From NCBI GenBank assembly GCA_016286245.1, contig JAEESG010000002.1:1-63432 (forward strand): a DNA stretch of 63,432 nucleotides. Reading direction: 5' to 3'. Of this stretch, positions 60,801-63,432 are shown piece after piece. Source of the stretch: Clostridiales bacterium. Its GTDB lineage: Bacteria; Bacillota; Clostridia; Oscillospirales; CAG-382. Numbering within the stretch: position 1 is the stretch's first letter; each line of letters begins with the position of its first letter. The notes beneath the pieces were generated by a model. The model did no database searches and had not been told where the DNA came from. It saw nothing but the letters and a program-made list of their open reading frames with translations. A program made the position numbers and the translations under genes.

Positions 60801-62065
60801 GAACGGATAAGGCAGGCCTTTCGGAAGCAAGAACGCAGAACCAGCTGGTTGGCACAGACTACTCGATGGTTGTATTCGATTTCGGAAACGATCCCGAATG
60901 GAAAGACACCATTACCGAATTCATGGTTTGCGCAACAGAAGACCATACCGGTATCCTCTATATTGACTGGATACTTATAACCGATAATCTTCCCGATGAA
61001 GCAAGCATCGGTCTTGCGGCAGGCGCGAAGTTCATGGTTGTAAATAAGAATGAGGCTCCCTTTACGGACCTCGAAGACGGCGCATGGTACGTAAACGACG
61101 TTAAGAACGCTTATATGTACGGCCTCGTAAACGGAACGTCCGATACGACGTTCGAACCCAACGGAAACGTAACGGTTGCCGAAGCAATCGCGTTCGCGGT
61201 AAAACTCAACTACGGTTATCTGGCAAAGAGCACGGCTTCAATCGGCAAATCAAGCGACGCTCACTGGTACGACGGATTCGTACAGGCTGCAATCAAGGCA
61301 AAGATAATCACTTATAACGAATTTACCGCCGAGGATTACGAAAAGGTTGCAACGAGAAAGCAGGTTGCGGCAATGATCGCAAAGGCGCTCCCGAAAGACT
61401 GGTATGAACAGAAGAATATGTATGAAAAGGTTCCGGATCTTGCGGAGAGCGATCCCGAATACAAGAACATCAAGATGCTCTATGACGCAGGCGTACTGAA
61501 CGGATCCGATGCAGATTACAACTTCTTACCCGACACGCCGATTATTCGTGCGGAAGTTGCGGCAATCGTTGTAAGAGCCGCTAAACCCGACCAGCGTACA
61601 AGAGTAAAGACGGACTTCGAAGTTGAATCGCGCAAGCGCACCTTTACACCGGACGAAATCTTTGAAAAGGTAACTCTCGACAGCATCAGAGCCGATAAGG
61701 TTGAAGACGGTCTTGCAAACTACAAGGCACTCGGCGCAGACCAGATCATGTTCTTGACGAACCTCATCGGTTCACAGGAAGCTCTGAACATCTCTAAGAT
61801 CAAGATCGGCATTAAGGTTGACACCGAAAAGGTTAAAGCAGGCAGACCGGTAATTTACTTCTCGATCGACGGCTCGGCACTGTCCGAAGCAAACACGCTG
61901 AGGGGTGAAACGTACGGAAATATGAAGCCTAATGAAAACGGTATCTGTGAAATAGTATTCGATACCTCTAAGAACGTCAACTGGAGAGGAAATCTCACGA
62001 CAATCAGATTTGACCCGTACGATGCGGTTGTAGACTTTGCACTCGCTTACATCGCAATCGAATAA
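57818..62065 (+). CDS. Large secreted multidomain surface protein: Listeria-Bacteroides-type repeats, a Big_2-like Ig domain, unknown domains, and three SLH domains near (not at) the C-terminus
   Basis: Signal peptide MKKTISLILCVLMLVSAFSTGLTVFA. Repeats ..FNGWSTT.., ..GYFFYGWATS.. and ..GYQFIGWSKD... Big_2-like ..VIWSVEP..ASIDEEGKL..KNGTVKV... SLH triplet at about 61055-61590, followed by about 158 more aa. ATG at 57818 follows AAGGAG. Confidence 0.8.
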   Translation: MKKTISLILCVLMLVSAFSTGLTVFAQETAELFETGTCKVTFAGDVTGLPAPIEVPAGTEIDITEYYDGVASSIAGLNFNGWSTTGKFEDLIVKNYKVTKDVTLYAEVSVNINFAVQARGAGMNNWSVNNGSAKLDEDSQGVIITATGLAPYIYRSSKLYSVPAAKYASALVYVDAEYKNGPNDLSDVGDKFQFMFFAPDTNFSKAVSGTVIAVGEQQGRKIAVVQCNLYTSASWTGTIGSFRLDAWEEQSDWEIYGVQFIEAGTFDEDLIPITELDAPKTGAEPSTYALCAKEDIGKVQSITWSPAMPTGVFEEGTAYTATITVAPKERTGKLFAQDMEATVNGNTAECFVDPDTALATVTYTFPPTENYVVFSMEISGPKEIAKAARAVQYKANFYSTRDVPNKDVIWSVEPVTGGASIDEEGKLVPQKNGTVKVVATSTYNPKVTASYEVNIINQAKAGTLRYRSNTTDRVSNLPAAQRNVSGLVKLSKQIPTRAGYFFYGWATSDESVDIVDEVNVNGDTDVYAVWVKGVEYGFNGEVDSPWAVEEGTLTQKPNYITLANGNATNAAITAWDGLNLDTQAYNQIMIRMACDKSTQLSLYFKNTDTSWSEQRTLNYTYQALGLPEENDMESDNWFIHMFDVSSSSLWTYSDLTGIRAFLVRGAQNATAYLDYIRILDTSRTIRFRSEGKPANMPDTMTVKFGDTITITKEPTREGYQFIGWSKDEDDDGTGAKKNFLVTDDYILYAIWNEEVELNPINEGGLIKNEIGDIDAGMAVLAKTTAGRDVPVTITFDGGEKVASTNGYGFAVFEFDDDVENAVISMSSNFEFVSIVITAPEIADRKANEVKTSGGSGNEEGAAPKTYYGDETKSTNLTTAGKIVPEMSKPGPVPPGLAQGQVGEDASPKDKTRAGGDIIFNFNNDADKDFFGWYRQTKLEYKDGIAKIISAGIGNSDGISFNSVGNLEIDPKTHRYVVFYAKQEGYTNSQIRLYYRTDKAGLSEARTQNQLVGTDYSMVVFDFGNDPEWKDTITEFMVCATEDHTGILYIDWILITDNLPDEASIGLAAGAKFMVVNKNEAPFTDLEDGAWYVNDVKNAYMYGLVNGTSDTTFEPNGNVTVAEAIAFAVKLNYGYLAKSTASIGKSSDAHWYDGFVQAAIKAKIITYNEFTAEDYEKVATRKQVAAMIAKALPKDWYEQKNMYEKVPDLAESDPEYKNIKMLYDAGVLNGSDADYNFLPDTPIIRAEVAAIVVRAAKPDQRTRVKTDFEVESRKRTFTPDEIFEKVTLDSIRADKVEDGLANYKALGADQIMFLTNLIGSQEALNISKIKIGIKVDTEKVKAGRPVIYFSIDGSALSEANTLRGETYGNMKPNENGICEIVFDTSKNVNWRGNLTTIRFDPYDAVVDFALAYIAIE

Positions 62066-62092
62066 TAGAATCAAATCCAACTGTAAAAATAC

Positions 62093-62124
62093 AAAACAGG
62101 CGCCCGAATGGGCGCCTGTTTTGG
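62093..62124 (+). terminator. Rho-independent terminator
   Basis: 13-bp stem aaaacaggcgccc/gggcgcctgtttt with loop gaat. Confidence 0.75.
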
Positions 62125-62190
62125 TATATTGTTGTTTTTCCGCGTGCACAAAAATTGAAAGATGAAATGACTTTGTGCGCGTGTTTGCGC

Positions 62191-62340
62191 GTCGAGGCTC
62201 TCGACGGCGCCCGAACGGGCGCCTGTTTTGGTCGAGAGCAGTGATGAGCAATTGCGCGTACAAAAAACATCTTTTTGCAGTTTTTATGCTCGCGAAGAGG
62301 TTAAAATGTACCTTATTTATTTTTCACTATTTATTATTTC
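62191..62340 (+). repeat. Diverged copies of the repeat modules seen at 40.2-41.3 kb
   Basis: gtcgaggctctcgac (62191-205) is the reverse complement of the cgagagcctcgac module at 40578-40590. ggcgcccgaacgggcgcctgttttgg (62206-31) duplicates the terminator at 62099-62124. ttttggtcgagagc...gcaattgcgcgt parallels 40276-40309. 62314-62340 is a heptamer tract in reverse orientation. Confidence 0.5.
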
Positions 62341-62359
62341 AAAAACGGCAGGGATTTTC

Positions 62360-62408
62360 AGTGAATAGTGAAGAGTGAATAGTGAATAGTGAATAGTGAA
62401 TAGTGAAG
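62360..62408 (+). repeat. Heptamer tandem array (GTGAATA/GTGAAGA), about 7 periods
   Basis: gtgaatagtgaagagtgaatagtgaatagtgaatagtgaatagtgaaga. A strong hairpin follows immediately. Confidence 0.8.
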
Positions 62409-62410
62409 AA

Positions 62411-62450
62411 GAAAAAAACGGCAAGGTTCCGGGGAACCTTGCCGTTTTTT
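62411..62450 (-). terminator. Rho-independent terminator of the tRNA cluster; symmetric, so possibly bidirectional
   Basis: Stem cggcaaggtt/aaccttgccg (62419-62444), flanked by A7 and T7. It abuts the tRNA-His 3' end. Confidence 0.7.
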
Positions 62451-62528
62451 TGGGGTGAGATATCGGGCTCGAACCGACGGCCTTCAGGGCCACAACCTGA
62501 CGCTCTAGCCAACTGAGCTAATCCCACC
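62451..62528 (-). tRNA. tRNA-His (anticodon GTG) with encoded G-1 and CCA
   Basis: The reverse complement is GGTGGGATTAGCTCAGTTGGCTAGAGCGTCAGGTTGTGGCCCTGAAG...TTCGAGC...ATCTCACCCCA. The anticodon loop is TTGTGGC. The extra 5' G pairs with discriminator C. Confidence 0.9.
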
Positions 62529-62539
62529 GAATATTAAAA

Positions 62540-62616
62540 TGGCGTGCCTTGGGGGACTCGAACCCTCGACCTACTGCTTAGAAGGCAGTTGCTCTATCCA
62601 GCTGAGCTAAAGGCAC
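62540..62616 (-). tRNA. tRNA-Arg (anticodon TCT)
   Basis: Reverse complement: acceptor GTGCCTT/AAGGCAC, anticodon stem ACTGC/GCAGT with loop CTTCTAA, T-loop TTCGAGT (one A-C mismatch in the T-stem), 3' GCCA. Confidence 0.85.
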
Positions 62617-62620
62617 ATAA

Positions 62621-62694
62621 TGGAGCGGATGATGGGAATCGAACCCACGTGACCAGCTTGGAAGGCTGATGTTCTACCATTGAACCACACCCGC
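62621..62694 (-). tRNA. tRNA-Gly (anticodon TCC)
   Basis: Reverse complement: acceptor GCGGGTG/CATCCGC, anticodon loop CTTCCAA, T-arm GTGGG-TTCGATT-CCCAT, 3' TCCA. Confidence 0.9.
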
Positions 62695-62723
62695 GTTAAC
62701 GCTCTGTTTTTAGCCGCTAGACC

Positions 62724-62752
62724 ATATTAACACAACGATTCTTATTTGTCAA
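62724..62752 (-). promoter_or_regulatory. Sigma-A promoter for the tRNA-Gly/Arg/His cluster
   Basis: Minus strand: TTGACA (62752..62747), 17 nt, TGtTAATAT (62732..62724). The tRNA-Gly 5' end lies about 30 nt downstream. Confidence 0.6.
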
Positions 62753-62814
62753 CAAATAATTTGCAATCTTTAGCCATTTTCGTGCATTTTTTTAGAGCGT
62801 ATTAGCAATAATAA

Positions 62815-63432
62815 TCAGTGATGAACTTTCGTAAAACTTGTAACCTTTTTATCTTCATCAAACGATATTTCAAAAGTAGTCGGATCTATGAAATCTTCAT
62901 ACGTTCCGAGATTATATAACCATAAATCAGAATTATCCGTTAGACTATAATCTTTGTTATCAGGGGCTCCCAAAAGCTCTTGTACTTGTTGTTTTGTCAA
63001 ACCAGTCAAATCGTATTGTTCAACAAAAGAATTAATCAATAATCCCCTGTAATTATGGTCATCAGACGCATTTTCCCACTTCTCTTTTGTCCACTTGCTG
63101 TATTCCTTGAAATATGCATTTGTACCGACGAATGAACCGACAAGAATGATAAGACTTAATGCAATTGTTAATGACAATACTACTATCACTTTTTTCTTAT
63201 TATCTCTATTTTTCATCATTGATAAGATAAAGAAAACTATAACTGCTGAACCTATAATTGCCAGTACAAACAGGCTTGGAAACAAAAGCAAAGAAAACAG
63301 ATTAAGAACACCTTCAGTTGTAACAACAGCGTTGAAATATATAAGCCCTACAAGTACGCTGGTTATTATATACACTGAAGCAAGAATGACTAATATTATT
63401 AAAAAGACTTTTTTTCCTGAATTACTTTTAAC
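62815..63432 (-). CDS. Membrane protein of unknown function, probably 5'-truncated by the window edge
   Basis: The frame is open from 63432 to the stop at 62815. There are several TM segments and then a soluble C-terminal domain. Composition is markedly A+T-rich. The first in-window start codon is a GTG at 63375, inside a TM helix. Confidence 0.5.
   Translation of the reverse strand, partial: VKSNSGKKVFLIILVILASVYIITSVLVGLIYFNAVVTTEGVLNLFSLLLFPSLFVLAIIGSAVIVFFILSMMKNRDNKKKVIVVLSLTIALSLIILVGSFVGTNAYFKEYSKWTKEKWENASDDHNYRGLLINSFVEQYDLTGLTKQQVQELLGAPDNKDYSLTDNSDLWLYNLGTYEDFIDPTTFEISFDEDKKVTSFTKVHH

Noticed and set aside
62360-62408. A HutP-type antiterminator site, reading the heptamers as (UAG-N4)n just upstream of a terminator hairpin.
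   Set aside because: The period and NAG spacing fit superficially. However, the sister arrays at 40714 and 41242 are mostly AAU/GAA and lack UAG. No plus-strand gene lies downstream of the hairpin (tRNA genes lie antisense), and no hutP-like gene is present.
62175-62527. Small ORFs 62175-62378 (+) and 62339-62527 (-).
   Set aside because: They lie in the repeat and terminator mosaic, and the second overlaps tRNA-His. Their products are translated heptamer repeats (..TIHYSLFTIHSSLF..), with no Shine-Dalgarno sequence.

Overview
A 63.4-kb chromosomal segment that looks like a spore-forming Firmicute of the Clostridia type. Evidence: spo0A, CotF-type coat genes, SLH-anchored surface proteins, about half G+C by eye. 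Gene orientation is strongly polarised: 31 of 32 CDS left of about 35.5 kb are on the minus strand, and most genes to the right are on the plus strand.

Left half:
- a RelE/RHH toxin-antitoxin pair
- a domain-truncated guaA, then holA, comEC and spo0A
- a WalRK/PhoPR-like two-component pair with a polysaccharide deacetylase
- fur-family, murD, thrC, an M19 dipeptidase, yraN and rnhB
- a GyrA/ParC-like subunit, dnaN and recR
- a 13-kb Wzx/Wzy-type glycan locus (20.9-34.2 kb) that includes a pyruvyl transferase

Right half:
- an XRE regulator with a membrane partner, CotF-like genes, a G5+M23 peptidase and an S53 peptidase
- tRNA-Pro followed by a 90-bp tandem-repeat array
- a divergent pair of zinc-ribbon proteins, one heading an ABC-2 exporter operon
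- two giant SLH-domain surface proteins
- cvpA, pgsA, a ClpE-like AAA+ protein, a nucleotidyltransferase and htpG
- a tRNA-Gly/Arg/His cluster, followed by an A+T-rich segment

Observations most worth follow-up:
1. An oriC-like module (DnaA-box array, TAG trios, AT-rich tract) directly upstream of dnaN, although dnaA is not adjacent.
2. A modular intergenic repeat family next to both tRNA loci. It consists of 90-bp units, a cgagagcctcgac module, and (R)TGAATA heptamer arrays coupled to terminator hairpins. Two inverted heptamer arrays bracket a small zinc-ribbon gene cassette.
3. The uncharacterised zinc-ribbon / Q-P-rich membrane protein plus ABC-2 operon.
4. A pyruvyl-transferase glycan locus that plausibly makes the wall polymer anchoring the SLH proteins.
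5. A GTTTCACGTGAAAC palindrome present twice, bracketing the M23 peptidase gene.

I found no CRISPR array, transposase, integrase or recognisable defence system. All functional calls rest on motif recognition by eye. No database search was run.
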